Shown: in pieces, positions 38,301 through 49,800 of the stretch | How positions within the stretch are numbered: position 1 is the first letter of the stretch | How the letters are laid out: every line of letters starts with the position of its first letter | Assembly: GCA_965644315.1 (NCBI GenBank) | Contig: CBFFRQ010000069.1 | Coordinates: forward strand, 806,001 to 870,000 | Direction of reading: 5' to 3' | Source: Caecitellus pseudoparvulus | Taxonomy: Eukaryota > Protista > Bigyra: Bicosoecida | DNA length: 64,000 bases | Made by a program: the position numbers and the translations under genes | The notes under the pieces: model-generated | The model's input: only the letters and a program-made list of their open reading frames with translations | Database searches by the model: none | What the model was told of the DNA's origin: nothing

Positions 38301-40451
38301 CGCTCCCCCCCACATCCACCACACGCCCACGCGCGTACCCTGACCCCCCACTGTACACCACGCCCCCACCCACATCACTCACCCCTGCCACGCCCAGCAG
38401 CCCCCCGCCCCCACCGCTGCCGCCCCCGCCGCTGCCGCTGCCGCTGCCGCTGCCGCCGCCGAACAGGCCCCCACCGCCCAACAGACTCCCGCCCCCGCCA
38501 CTCACCCCACCAAACAGACTCCCGCCCACACCGCCGCTGCCGAAGCTCAGTGATTGATCCGCAGGAATCGGTGTTACGGGGGCTTTGGTTGACTGGTGGT
38601 GAGTTCCTAACTCTCCGCCCTCGGCGGCTGCAGCAGGAGTCTTTATGAAGTCTGTTGGCCCCTCAGAATTTGACTGGAGAGGTAAGGCCAAATCTTTGGG
38701 TGAACGTTTTTCCTTGGTCTGAGTACCAGCAAAGACCACTCGCAGTGGGTTGTCATCCGTTATGCGTTGCTTCAATCGCTTGAGAAGCTTCTTTACTGCT
38801 GAGCTTGTCCAGGCCGAAACATCGTACTGGACCCCTTCAGGGACATCAGATGACCTTCCAGCTGGCCACTCAACGCTAAGAATCACGTCGTGCAACTGCA
38901 CAGTCCCAGCGCAAGCCCCGCTTGCAACTATATTCGAAACTGCAGCGCCAAGTCCCACAGAACCGCTGGACCACGGCTGCAGGTTCAACCCAAGCTTTGG
39001 GCTTGTGAAGCAGACTTCATACTGCCTGGGAAGGGCGTTGGCTTTGTCTGAGGTGCTTTGCTGGGCATCCTCCAAGGCTCGTGATTCAGCCGCCATCGCA
39101 GCTTGCGCAGCCTCCACGGCCTGCGGTGTCAGCACACCACAAGCTGACACAACAACGTTGTAGCCGCCTGTGGGAGCACAGTTGTTGGCCTTGTCCACTG
39201 GGAGACTCGCGATCTGAGATACAACAGGCAAGCCGCCTAGGACACGGCCAAAGACGGTGTGTTTGCCGTCCAAGTCTGGAGCAGGGACAGCGGTGATAAA
39301 CCACTGTGAAGTGTTGGTGTTGGGCCCCGAGTTTGCCATTGACAAGGCCCCTGCCTCGTGGCTCAAATCTGAGGGCTCGTCTTCAAAGGGGAGTCGATGG
39401 CTGAAGATGCTGCGGCCTCCCATGCCGTCTCCTCGAGTTATGTCACCCCCCTGGATCAAGCAGCTGGGCAAGATGCGTACAATCCGAGATCCCTCGTATG
39501 TGAGCTCTCCAGAGCTTGCTTGGAACCCCGTGCAAAGGCTGTAAAAGTTGAAGGCTGCCAGGGGTGCCTTATCGTGATAGAGCTTGAGCACGACACGGTT
39601 TGCGGGAAGCGCACCGTCCACCTGTACGGCGCTCTGATGCCATGGAACGGAGACACCATCCTTCGTGATAGCAAAGTCCATGTACACGTGGGTGTGGGCT
39701 TCCGGAAAGCTGCGCGCTCGCGCTTTGAGGTCTCCTGGTCCAGGCTGCGACACTGCGGGCGAGCCTCCCGCCCACGCACTGCCAAAGGTCGCATCAAGGA
39801 TCCCACTCGTGTTTGCAGTGGCATCAAAGGCAGATGCAATGAGGTCGGGAGATGCTGGTGTCAGGGCATCTCGCCCAAGAAGTGAAAGAGTTGCTGGGCT
39901 ACCCTCAACCTCCGCAGGGCTATCCACGTCAACGACCGGGTCGCGGGGCACAATGGGAGCCTCAGGGGATACTGTGGCTTGCTCTTCGCCAAGTGAGCTC
40001 TCTTGCTCTTGACTTTCTCCGGTACCTGGGCTTTGCCGCTGCTCAATCACGGGACGAGGCGTGCGCACTGTTGTACGTGTCGTGCTTGATACCTCAGGAC
40101 TCTCATCGGGCAAGCTGGCTCGAGCAGAAATGGCCGCAAATGCTCGATCCCGGGAGCTTCTCGGATCTGGCATGCTGTGGACGAAGTGGACAAAGGTGTT
40201 GCGATCTGTGGTGTGTATCAGCGCCAACGGCATCGCACCACGCACTTGAGCGGAGGAACAGATCCATCAGCTCGAGCCTTCCAATCCCACAAGTGTTCAT
40301 TGGCGAACCAAGTGAGGGCGGAGAGTGGCAACTTGGCTTCTTCATGCTCCATGCTATGTGCATGCTCCTCGGGGATCGATGCTGGAGGCTCGGGAAGGTC
40401 AGCAATGCTCTGCAGTGTCGTGCGGATTTTGGAGGCCTGCGCACAGTTCAC
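29351..40451 (-). CDS. Large cyclophilin-PDZ protein: cyclophilin domain, one unique PDZ-like domain, then 13 tandem [FG/Gly-rich linker + PDZ-like domain] units; four frameshifts in the array as assembled; 5' exons probably extend to ~40726
   Basis: Cyclophilin motifs NFYSLCTG, QGGDITRGDGMGG, LSMANSGPNTNTSQWFIT and LDGKHTVFGRV (~39200-39690). PDZ-like YEVCFTSPKLGLNL...VQLHDVILSV (~38735-39020). The ORF continues in frame into the repeats and ends at TAG 29351. A phase-consistent 71-nt intron lies at 40175-40245. Further upstream exons are unresolved. Confidence 0.75.
29478..38549 (-). repeat. Coding tandem array, 13 PDZ-like cores, period ~696-732 bp, near-identical; length variation confined to Gly/Ser microsatellite-like linkers
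   Basis: The same marker recurs at 29693, 30404, 31112, 31823, 32534, 33230, 33950, 34668, 35389, 36116, 36833, 37565 and 38284. The + strand is extremely C/A-rich, so the sense strand is G/T-rich. Confidence 0.97.
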
Positions 40452-41197
40452 CGGCGTGAGACGAATGTGGAAACGACAGGCTCATAAGCATGCTGACCCT
40501 TTGGTTTCGCCCAAACAGTGAGGATCTTCCTCTGGAGTTGGGCGGGGAGAAGAAGGACATCTTGGCAAAGGTCGCCGCGTGTGGAGCAAGCCAGGAAGAG
40601 ATGGCGTTAGTGTGCCAGGAGAGGACCAGGATGCAGCTCGCACTGAAAGCGCCAAGGGGCGGGGGACTTACTCTTCAGCTGCACTTGAAAGGGTGCATGC
40701 GTGAAAAAATGAATTCTTTCCTCCATTGACTTGCTGGCTTCTGCTTGAACTCAAGGAAAAGCATGCACGATTTACAGCGCAATTCTACGCAGCCCAGCCG
40801 AATTCTCTAGCTGGCAGTTTACCTACCAACTCTTCTCCTATGCTACACCTGGTACGCCCTTACGGTATTCAGCACCCACCCCAGTCCGTGAACATACTAC
40901 GTTTGCGCACCACACTTTTCGGGCGCTCTGTGGGCTCATCTGGCGTTCTCCTCTAAGTTGGCGAGCGCGGCGCACACAGGGCAAAAGGTCAGACATGAGC
41001 GTCAGCGTCAGTCGCACCAAGCGAAGTTCCTTGCATCGAGTGATGTGCGGGCGGCGTGTGGCTCACCCTCCGAGCTTGCTGGTATTCCGCAACCTGGCTC
41101 CGCGACAAACTCCAGGCGCTCGGCAAACCCAAAGAGTCCACTACCTCTGCCCCCGCGCATCCCAGCTCCTGTACAACACCCGCCACACCACCTAAGC

Positions 41198-44100
41198 ATG
41201 GCATCCCTCGGCTCACACGGGTTCCCCGCCCCAAAGCAGGGCAGCCCACAATCCTCTGCCAAGCGCAAGGAGCCAGTGGGGCTGCTGTCAGTCTCGGGCA
41301 GCAGCGTGCCTCTGCAGAGCGTGCACGTTGATGTGAAAGTCATCGACTTCCTCGCTGAGGTGACCATGCGGCAGACATACATCAACTCAGGCTCATCTGC
41401 CATTCAAGCGAAGTATGTGTTTCCCCTGGACAGCAACGGTGAGCCTGCGAGGAGAAAAGTTGTTGGCGTGTTGGCTTCCTCACCACGCCGACTTGTTGTG
41501 CAGGCTGCGTCAACAGCCTGCGCGCTGAGATCGGAGGAAAAGTCGTGGAAGGCAGCGTGAAGGAGCGACAGGAGGCCAAGAAGCAGTTCGACACGGCCGT
41601 GAAGCAAGGGCACGGCGCATACTTGCTTGAAGTGCGTGTGCTAGGCTGCAGCCTGCGACGTGCAACGCGCCTGCTTCTGTCAGTGCTGCACACCTTTCCG
41701 TGTCTGGCAAGCAGGAGGACGTGGACAGCGCTGACATTTTCCAAGCCAGCCTCGGCAACATTCCGGCAGGCGAGGTCGTGGTCCTGGTGCTGTCGTACGT
41801 GACTGAGCTACAAGCCGAAGGCGACCAGTTGCGGTTCACTCTGCCCACATCTGTGGGGGCTCGACACGGCACCCCAAGCAAAGAAGGCTTCGGCTCCACA
41901 GCTTCAGCTTCCAGCGCGAAGCTGAGTCTGGCCGTGGACATCAAGGCCCACAGTGGGATCACGGGCGTTTCGTGCCCCTCTCACGCCGCCACCGTGACCT
42001 TGAAAACGGAAGGCGACTCCCGACGAGCCTGCGTGCAGCTTGAGCAGCAGACTGTCGACCTGGGCGACGACTTACATCTGTTGATTTCACAGCTGCGTCC
42101 GCATGAGCCCCGCGTTTGGGTGGAGACCGACGAGACATCGAACAGCCCCCCCGGCGAGGCTGCTGAAAGCCTTTCGCCCCCTGACGTTGCAACGGCCAAC
42201 CTGGCGCTCCTCGTGAGCATGTTCCCCGACATGGACGCCCTTGACTTCGACAATGATACAGCGGGCGAGTACATCTTCGTCGTGGACCGTTCTGGGAGCA
42301 TGAGTGGTAGCCGTATGCGCCACGCCATCTCAGCTCTGCAGCTCTGCCTGCGCTCTATCCCAGAAGGTTCTACTTTCAACGTCATCGGCTTTGGAAGACA
42401 CCACGAAAGTCTCTTTCCTGCTCCTGCAGTGTACAACGACAGCACCCTGGCCACTGCAAGCGAGCACGTGCGAGGGTTGCAGGCCAACATGGGCGGCACC
42501 AACATCATGGGGCCCCTGCAAGAGGTGTTCGCATCCAAGCCAGACCGCTCACTTCCCAGGCAGATACTGTTGTTCACGGATGGTGAAGTGCGGAACACTC
42601 GTGCCATTGTGGACCTCGTGCGGAAGGAGCACAAAGCCACCGGCTGCAGGCTGTTTTCGTTTGGAATCGGCCGTGAAGTCAGCCACGCACTTGTCCAAGG
42701 CTGTGCCGTGGCGGGGGGTGGGGCTGCTGAGTTCATCAGCCCTGACGAGCGCATGGAGGCCAAGGTGATGCGGCAGATGGCAAAGGCTGTACAGCCCGCC
42801 TTGACGGACTTGTCCATCGAGTGGGGCGAGCTTAAGCCCTTCCTGTGCAACAGCGGGTCCCCGAGAACGCCGCGCCCTCTCTTCCAAGGCAGCCGCTCTC
42901 TAGCATTCGCGACATTGAAGCTTCTTGGAGAGGGTGACTCTCCCGCGGAAGGGGATGCCCCTCGTGACCCTGCTGCAGCGGCGTCTGGTGGCGGCAGTTC
43001 CATCGCCTTGCCACACACAGCAACCATCACGGTCAAAGCCAAAGGTCCTGATGGTGAGCTCACATGGCCACTGACAATTGTGTTACCAAAGGCACTTGTT
43101 GCTGCCTCAGCCCTTGCCTTGACAGGTGCGAGCGGTGCTGAGGGTGGCCCGGCTGCTGACGCCGCTTCGGACAGTGACGACGACGAGGAGGAGGAGGGAG
43201 TCGACTCTGTGCTGACAAAGGGGCGCTTGGTCGCCACGGCAGCTGCTCGGAACCGGATCCGGGACTTGGAGCAAGATGGCGCCAAGGGCCGTGTGGAAGC
43301 AGTCCAGCTCGCGACAGCGTACAACGTCGCGTGCAGGTGGGCTTCGTTCGTGGCTGTTGAGCGGCGGGACAGTAAGGAAGTCAGCCTTGATGCATGGCAA
43401 CCTGGTGAGATGCGGCAGGAGCTCCCGGGGAAGCTTGCTTTGAGGTCGTCCTCCTCAGCTGCGAGGGGTGCGTCGAAGGGCACAGCGAGGCGCCGGGGTC
43501 ACCCTGGTATGTCGAGGCGCATGGAAGCTGCCCCGCAACGTAGCATGGTTGCTGGATTTGCTCGCGCTATGGCTGTTGGATCGACCGGCGGCAGGGGTAG
43601 CGGCTCGCGTGGTGGAGCCCTGCGCGCAAGTAAGGGCGTGGAGAAGAAGAAGTCATCGGCTCGGTCTCGGGTGCGCGATTTCGATGACTTGAGGGAACAA
43701 GGCGCATCTCTCGCGAGATTTGCTCACGGTGCTCCTTCAGAGGCCTCTGAATCTGAGGACTGCGATGTTGACGGATTTCAAGCGGCTGATCGGTTGGACT
43801 TCGCAGCCGCCGCAATGCCCCCACACGCTCCACCCCCAGGAGCCTGTGCGATGCCGCCTATGCCTGTTGGCGCGTTGCAGCCCAAACCAGCTGGTGCAGT
43901 GCGGGCCGTCGCAGCCAGTGGCCCCGTTGGCGGCATGTTTGGGGATTCTGCGGAAGCGAAGCGGGTTGCTGCCAGCCGCCCAACCCTGAACGCGTTTGCA
44001 AAGCAGAGGGCACCGCAGCGCCACTTGCCTTCCATCACCATGGAAGCGGCGACTCCTGAACAGCAGCTGAGCTTCATCGTCCTCTTGCAGGCTTCCTCGG

Positions 44101-44402
44101 GCGCTTTCTCCCTCGACGATGCCACTGCGCAGGTGGCCATGAAGACCAAAGCAGACCTGGTGGCAGCCATGCCCGTTTGCTTGGCAGGTGCTGAGGCAGG
44201 CATCGCGCAAGAAGTATGGGCAACGGCCGTCGTGCTGGCTGTGCTGGAGAGCCGAATTGCCGACCTTGCAACTGAGTGGGCCGTCATGGCAAAGAAGGCC
44301 CGCAAGTTCATGCGCAAGCATGCTGCCTGCTTTGATGTCCCTGGCGCAGATGCCAAGGCCAAGGTCGCTGAGCTCGAACGCCTCGCGTCTGAGTTTTTGT
44401 GA
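41198..44402 (+). CDS. VIT + von Willebrand factor A domain protein (VWA5A-like); exons 41198-41438, 41504-41631, 41712/41715-44402
   Basis: VIT motifs VPLQSVHVDVKV, QTYIN, AKYVFPLD, VKERQEAKKQF and AYLLE. vWA MIDAS YIFVVDRSGSMSG, GGTNI, LFTDGEV and LFSFGIG. C-terminal LQASSGAF...WATAVVLAVL...EWAVMAKKA block. Two GT-AG introns. Confidence 0.9.
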
Positions 44403-44809
44403 CTCTCTCCAGGCGACTTATGTTGGGCGCCATGAAGCAATCCAGTTCTGCCGATCCGCGCTAGAGCACAGGCCTTGGCAGAAACTTGCCACCCCAGGTG
44501 ACAGCAGTTGCCCGCCCAAATTCAGTTTCAGCCAAACGACCACCCTCCATGCACCGCGTCGTCGTCTTTTTCCTCGATTGTTCGAAGGGCCGCGAAGCTG
44601 TGCTGTGCCCAGCGCGGAAATTGCGCCCGTCCCAACCCAACACGCCGACGCAAAGTGTGGGTGCAACGAGAGGCGAGTGGGTTTGAACCTTTCACTAGTG
44701 CGTTTGCCTAAGATAGCTACATCAGGCGCGGCCTTATGCAACGAAGCGCGGGCCAGCATTCGGCGTGCTTGCTGCAATACCCACACAGACCAGTGGACTC
44801 ACCTTCACG

Positions 44810-46774
44810 ATGGCTGAGAGCAAGGAGAGCAGCGCCAAGGCAAGCACAGGCGCACCCTTGGACCTTGCATCAAGCGATGCGGACGCTTTCTCCATGACCT
44901 ACTGGGAAGCTCGCCTGAAGTTTCTTGACGCGGCGTTGACGGTCCCAGGAGCCTCTGTTGTCAGTTTTCGTGTCGGGGGTGCGAGCAAGAAGACCTCCCA
45001 GTGCGTCAGGTGTTGCTTTCCGCTGCTCAAGATGGTTTCCACCTTCACACAATGCCACGTTCACACGAGCGCCACCCGCAGGGGTGCCGACAAGGAGTCG
45101 CTCTACATTGATTTCGCGGTCATTCGAGGCTCTGCTGCTCAGTGCGTCAAGGAGGGTCGGCCGGTTTCCAAGGAAGCTGAAGCAACCCAACGTCTCATGG
45201 TGCATGCCTGCGGTGTGAAAGGCGTGGATGGGTTTGCCGGCTCGGGCATTCAAGTTGCTCTTCTGCACGACCTGGCCAATGCTTCTGACGGCTCCACCTT
45301 GTCAGCGGAGGAGCTCGGGCCTGGGGACGTGATTATCTTCGCCCATGCGCGTGAGTGGCTGCTGATCGCAAAGGATTGCTCAGTGTTGGACCACCGTGTG
45401 CCCTTTCTCACGCAGTGAACCCGTATGGATTCTCTTGGTGGCGCCTCTGCAATGGTATTGGCAAGGGAGTTGACTTGAGCCGTAACTTTGTGACACACTA
45501 CGGCAGCACCTTCCCGAGCGCATCGAGCTTCGCTTTCCTGGCCAAAAACCACAATGCTTCATTCTCAGCTGAGCGTGACAAGGTTCCTTCCGAAGCTTGC
45601 TGCGGGTCCTTTGACACGCGAAAGGGGCACCTTAAGAGGCTTGCAGAGCTGTCCATTGCGTAAGATGGCTCAGTGCTGCCCATGCCACCAGGGCACTCGT
45701 ACTGCACCCCACCTTGCATTACTCTTCACAGCGGTCAGTATGTGGACCCGGCGGGCATGCACTACGGCGGTGTTGAGCTGCAACAAGAATCAGCGTGAGT
45801 TCCGGGCTTGCCCTGCGCTGGCTCCTCAACGCAGCCCGTGCGCCACCCTCACCAACCTCAGCATAACTTTGGATGTCCTTTGGGACATGGGCCTTCGGCC
45901 CGACAATTCTCACTTGGAAGCCTTGGGTGTGGTCCAAGTGACAGCCGGCGGTGGGAAGCACGGAGAGGAGCACATTGTTGCTGAGCATGTGGACATGCAG
46001 CGCGAGCTCCATGCGCTGGGCCTGGGCCATCTTGCCACGGCCGAAGAATCGTTGATTGGGCACATTGAAGATGTGGCGGCAGCTGCTCGGGACTTCGTCT
46101 CAGCGCAGGACGATGCAGGCGACGATGTAGGCGACGATCACACTGTGTTGTACGCAGCTGACTCTGAATTGTACCCCAACAACTTGACAGGCTCCCTCAT
46201 TTCTGCCCTCGCACGTCAAGCTCCAGTGACGGACAGAGGAAAGTCACTTGCTGCCAAGCAGCGGGCAGTGGCGGCAGACTTCGAGGCCCCTCAGGCTGTT
46301 GCGGCTGGGTTCGCCATCGCTGTGCCTGACTCAGCAGGGTATCTGCCCGCGCAGCCACCCCCAGAGGCCTGTGCAGCCCTTGCCGATACCCCAGGTGCAA
46401 CTTCGGACGGATCCCTCCGGCGTGTCGGCGCTGGGAGGTGGACATCAGCAGTGAACACGTCTGAGGGCTGCCCCACGCAGTTCTTGGCCATTCAGCACTT
46501 TTGTACTTCTCCAAGTCCGAAAGTACATGCTGCCACGCGGAGGGAACACGCTGAGGTTAGTGCCAAGCGTGACTTGCAGCTCTTCTCGGATTCCCGCATG
46601 GAGTTGCGGGAGGCCCACTTCGTGGACACGGCCAAGTGGCGGCTGCAGACTCTGCACCGAGGAAAGCGCTTCTTCCAACTCATGGCGCGCCGGGTATTTG
46701 CGAGTCGGAGAGGGCAAGCTGGGAAGGGAGCAGCCGCAGCAGAGCCAGGGCATGTGGAGGTCGAAGTGCAGTGA
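44810..46774 (+). CDS. DUF2817 / M14-like zinc-peptidase-fold protein with degenerate metal ligands; exons 44810-45000, 45082-45350, 45416-45659, 45732-45794, 45862-46774
   Basis: Four phase-consistent GT-AG introns join three separate ORF-track ORFs. The product has FSMTYWEARLKFL, LYIDFAV, GFAGSGIQVALL, FAHALNPYGFSW, VDLSRNF and GQYVDPAGMHYGG, matching the DUF2817 pattern as I recall it. Confidence 0.8.
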
Positions 46775-46857
46775 AATGCAAGCACTGGGGCTTCCAGCCT
46801 GCTCTGTTTTTGGCTTGACTACTGGATTCGGCCTGGCCCGCTCCATTTCAGGCCGTG

Positions 46858-49800
46858 TCAATCAGACGCATGGTGTGGCGTAAAGTCCACGTTCAAGGCG
46901 ACGCCGGGCGGCTGTTCAAGCAGCAAAGTGCCGGAAACGTCAAAGCGGCTCCCGTGGTCAAGCCACTGGGCAGCCAGGATTGGCCTCGGAATTGTACGCT
47001 CGAAGCCGGGATCATCTAGCTTTCCCGAACGTAAACCCGTGCACACTTCTTCGTCCCTACCAATGATCTTATTCTGGCTGATCACCCACAGGGTGATACT
47101 GTACGACTTGCCAGGCAAAACTTCGAAGTCCATGGTGGAGCTTCGGGTGCATATTGGATCTGTGCGATACGAAGCAAGTGGGCTCTCCTGAAAAAATGGC
47201 ATCCCTGAAGCAGTGTTCGCAGCATCAGTCTGATCTTGATCTTTGTCCAGTGTGACCCTCATTGCCAAAATGGCAGGTGGCCAGTCGCAGGAGGCGTGCC
47301 CACGCTGCAGCACTTCGAGTTTTGCGGGAAGAGGCTGTACACGAGAACCAGCAGACACTTTGAAGCCTGTTCTGAGTCTGAAAGACAAAGCTCTCCCGGG
47401 GAACTTTTCTCTTTGGTCAGAAACGTACGCGATCAGCCGGCTCCAAGACAAGCCCTGTCTGCAAGCTGCCCCGCCAGCTTCTGGCTGGGCTCTGGTTGGG
47501 CGTATTGACCAAGCACTCCAGCTGCTTGAACCACCCACACCAGGCCGGCTTGCAAGGGGAGATGGCGCGATATGCTGCAGTGCTGACGCCAAGCATACTT
47601 TTGAAAAGCTCCCCACAAAGTCTTGCAAGGACAGCACCGGCGTAACGAAGTCAGGTGCTCGCCCGCCACCTGCTCCGTGTGGATTCCTCAGATGAACTGT
47701 TACAGCCCCGTCTTCGGCTTCTTGTACGCTTGTCACTGCGTACGCATGGGAAGCTGTCAAGAGTGGGTGGCGCAAAGCATCTTCTGACAGGGTCAGCGCG
47801 ACCGCCAGGCCCCCGTAAGCCAAAGTTGTCCGCAAGAGTTCCAGCGCTCCGCCTTGCAAAATGCCATGAATGTTCAGGACGTTCACGGGGCAGCCTGTCA
47901 GCCACTCCATGCCAGTCTCTATGTTTCCAACCACCAATGCTGCAAGGAGCAATGGCTGCCAAGGATTGCTCCCGAGGCGGTGCTCCGCTTCGTCGAAGTA
48001 CTTCGCAACTGCTGCTTCAAGGAGGAAAGGCAGCTGGCTCGTCAGGGACCACTGGTTGCTGCAGTCCATCTGCTCAGGATGGCTGAGCACTGGTTCTTTC
48101 GGCGCAGCGGCTATAATTGCTTCATCATCTGGGTCGGGAATGTACAGAGTTGATGCAAGGGAGTCGGCAGACACTTGCTTCTTGTCGACAGGGTCAAGGG
48201 TGGACTGCCTTGATGCCTTGGTCTCTGCAGCCCCTGGAACTTCGCTAATAATACAGGGAACGAGTGGTTGAAGGGGTACGTGTACCTCAATAGGCATCGA
48301 CTCTCCTTCTGACCGTTCCAGCAGCACGACGGTCGGACGAGCCTGGTTGGCACAAGAAGCAGGCGAAGGTTCGCCTGACGCCTGCCCCTGCTGAAAGACA
48401 GTCTCACCGGCCGGAGTTGCGGCAGCCAGATTGGCAGGCAAGAGTGTGACAAGCTCTTGAACCCGACCTCTCCAATGCTCTCGCAAAGGGTTTTTCGACT
48501 TGCTGCAGGCAGCAGCCAGGAGCGCATCCAGTGCTGCCAGAAGCCAGCAGTCATCAAGGCGTCCCTGACGCACTCTACCATCCTGTCCTGCACGAAGGCA
48601 GCCTCGCACCATACCTGGGTCAGTAAGACCTTGAACAGCATGCTCTGAAGCTGTTGGTGGTGCTCCTTGACCCCCGTTCGGGGGGGAGAGAAGTGCTCTC
48701 TGCAAGGTTCCTCCTCTGGTGAAGGCTCTGTGTTTGCTGTCCCAATCCTCAGGGCCTTCCTGCGCACAGTCAACCACCCGCCGACCTCCAACAAATCCGA
48801 CCGAAGGGTGGAAACAATATCTCGGCATGGATGGTTTCCAGCTTGAGTAGTTCGTCGTCCAGCCCAAGGGATACAACACTTTCGCTCGGGCCTCCTGCAG
48901 GCCCGCTCCGTTCAGCATGGAAATGTGTGAATGTTGTTCCTCTGCTTGTCTAAGCTTTTCTAACATCCAGTGACTGCGGAAGTCTTGAAGCATTGCTTCT
49001 GAGAACTTTGGACTGTTTTCAAAGAGTCCAAGGTGCTCCTTCAAAAGTGCAAGGCGTTGGTGCTGGCTTGTCTTCTTCCTGAACAGTTTGGTTTTAACGA
49101 ACCTGGCATTAGAGTCAATCCAATCACTTGCCATGGCCTCAGCATCTCTGACAACGAAGGCCATAAATGCGGCAGTTGCCGCTTGCATCGGGAATGTTGA
49201 CCAGTCCAGGTCAGGGCTTGGCCGTCGCTTCTGACCTTCATCGATGGGGCTTCGAACGGAATTCGAAGACGGTTCAAGCGGAAAAGCCTGACGAACGCGC
49301 TCGATAGCACGCTCAATGGACCTGCTTCCTTGGAGAGCCCGAACACTTCCGATGGCATGGCTGAACCTGGAGCCCCACGCCAGTCGCAAGTCTTGGCATG
49401 CAACCACGAGCAGTGCCACGCCAACGGCAAGAAAGAAGACATACACCCACGCCTGTGCCCATGTGGACCAAACTGCTCCCACTAATCCCCATGCAATGAT
49501 TACCCATAAAGCCAAAAACAGGCTCATGACAACTTCAGATGCATCTTCCATTTCCCCAGACTCCATGTTCACGCTGAGGGCAGGCAGCGGCAGGAAGTAG
49601 GAGTGAGAAAAAACGAGCATTCGAGTGGAGGACGAGAACTTGTTGTGTCTCACAACCATATCAATACCAAGCCAAAGCACGGTGAACGATACTGCAGCCA
49701 TGAGGCAGCCTTCCACGACAAACTCAGGGTATGTGACTGAAAGCCATATGAAAAGCAGCACCCACCCTGTCACCGCCAGAACTCCAAACAATAGCTTCAT

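Noticed and set aside
29455-38648. Very long + strand Pro/Thr-rich (extensin/mucin-like) and Pro/His/Arg-rich ORFs
   Set aside because: Antisense shadows. The C/A-rich strand rarely forms stop codons and these ORFs have no signal peptide or unique flanks. The - strand frame is continuous with the cyclophilin/PDZ region and with a homologous unique C-terminus.
44765-46774. Two separate hypothetical genes (44765-45418 and 45554-46774), one with an NlpC/P60-like PGDVIIF
   Set aside because: Phase-consistent introns join them into one DUF2817-like gene, and PGDVIIF leads into the HALNPYGF motif.
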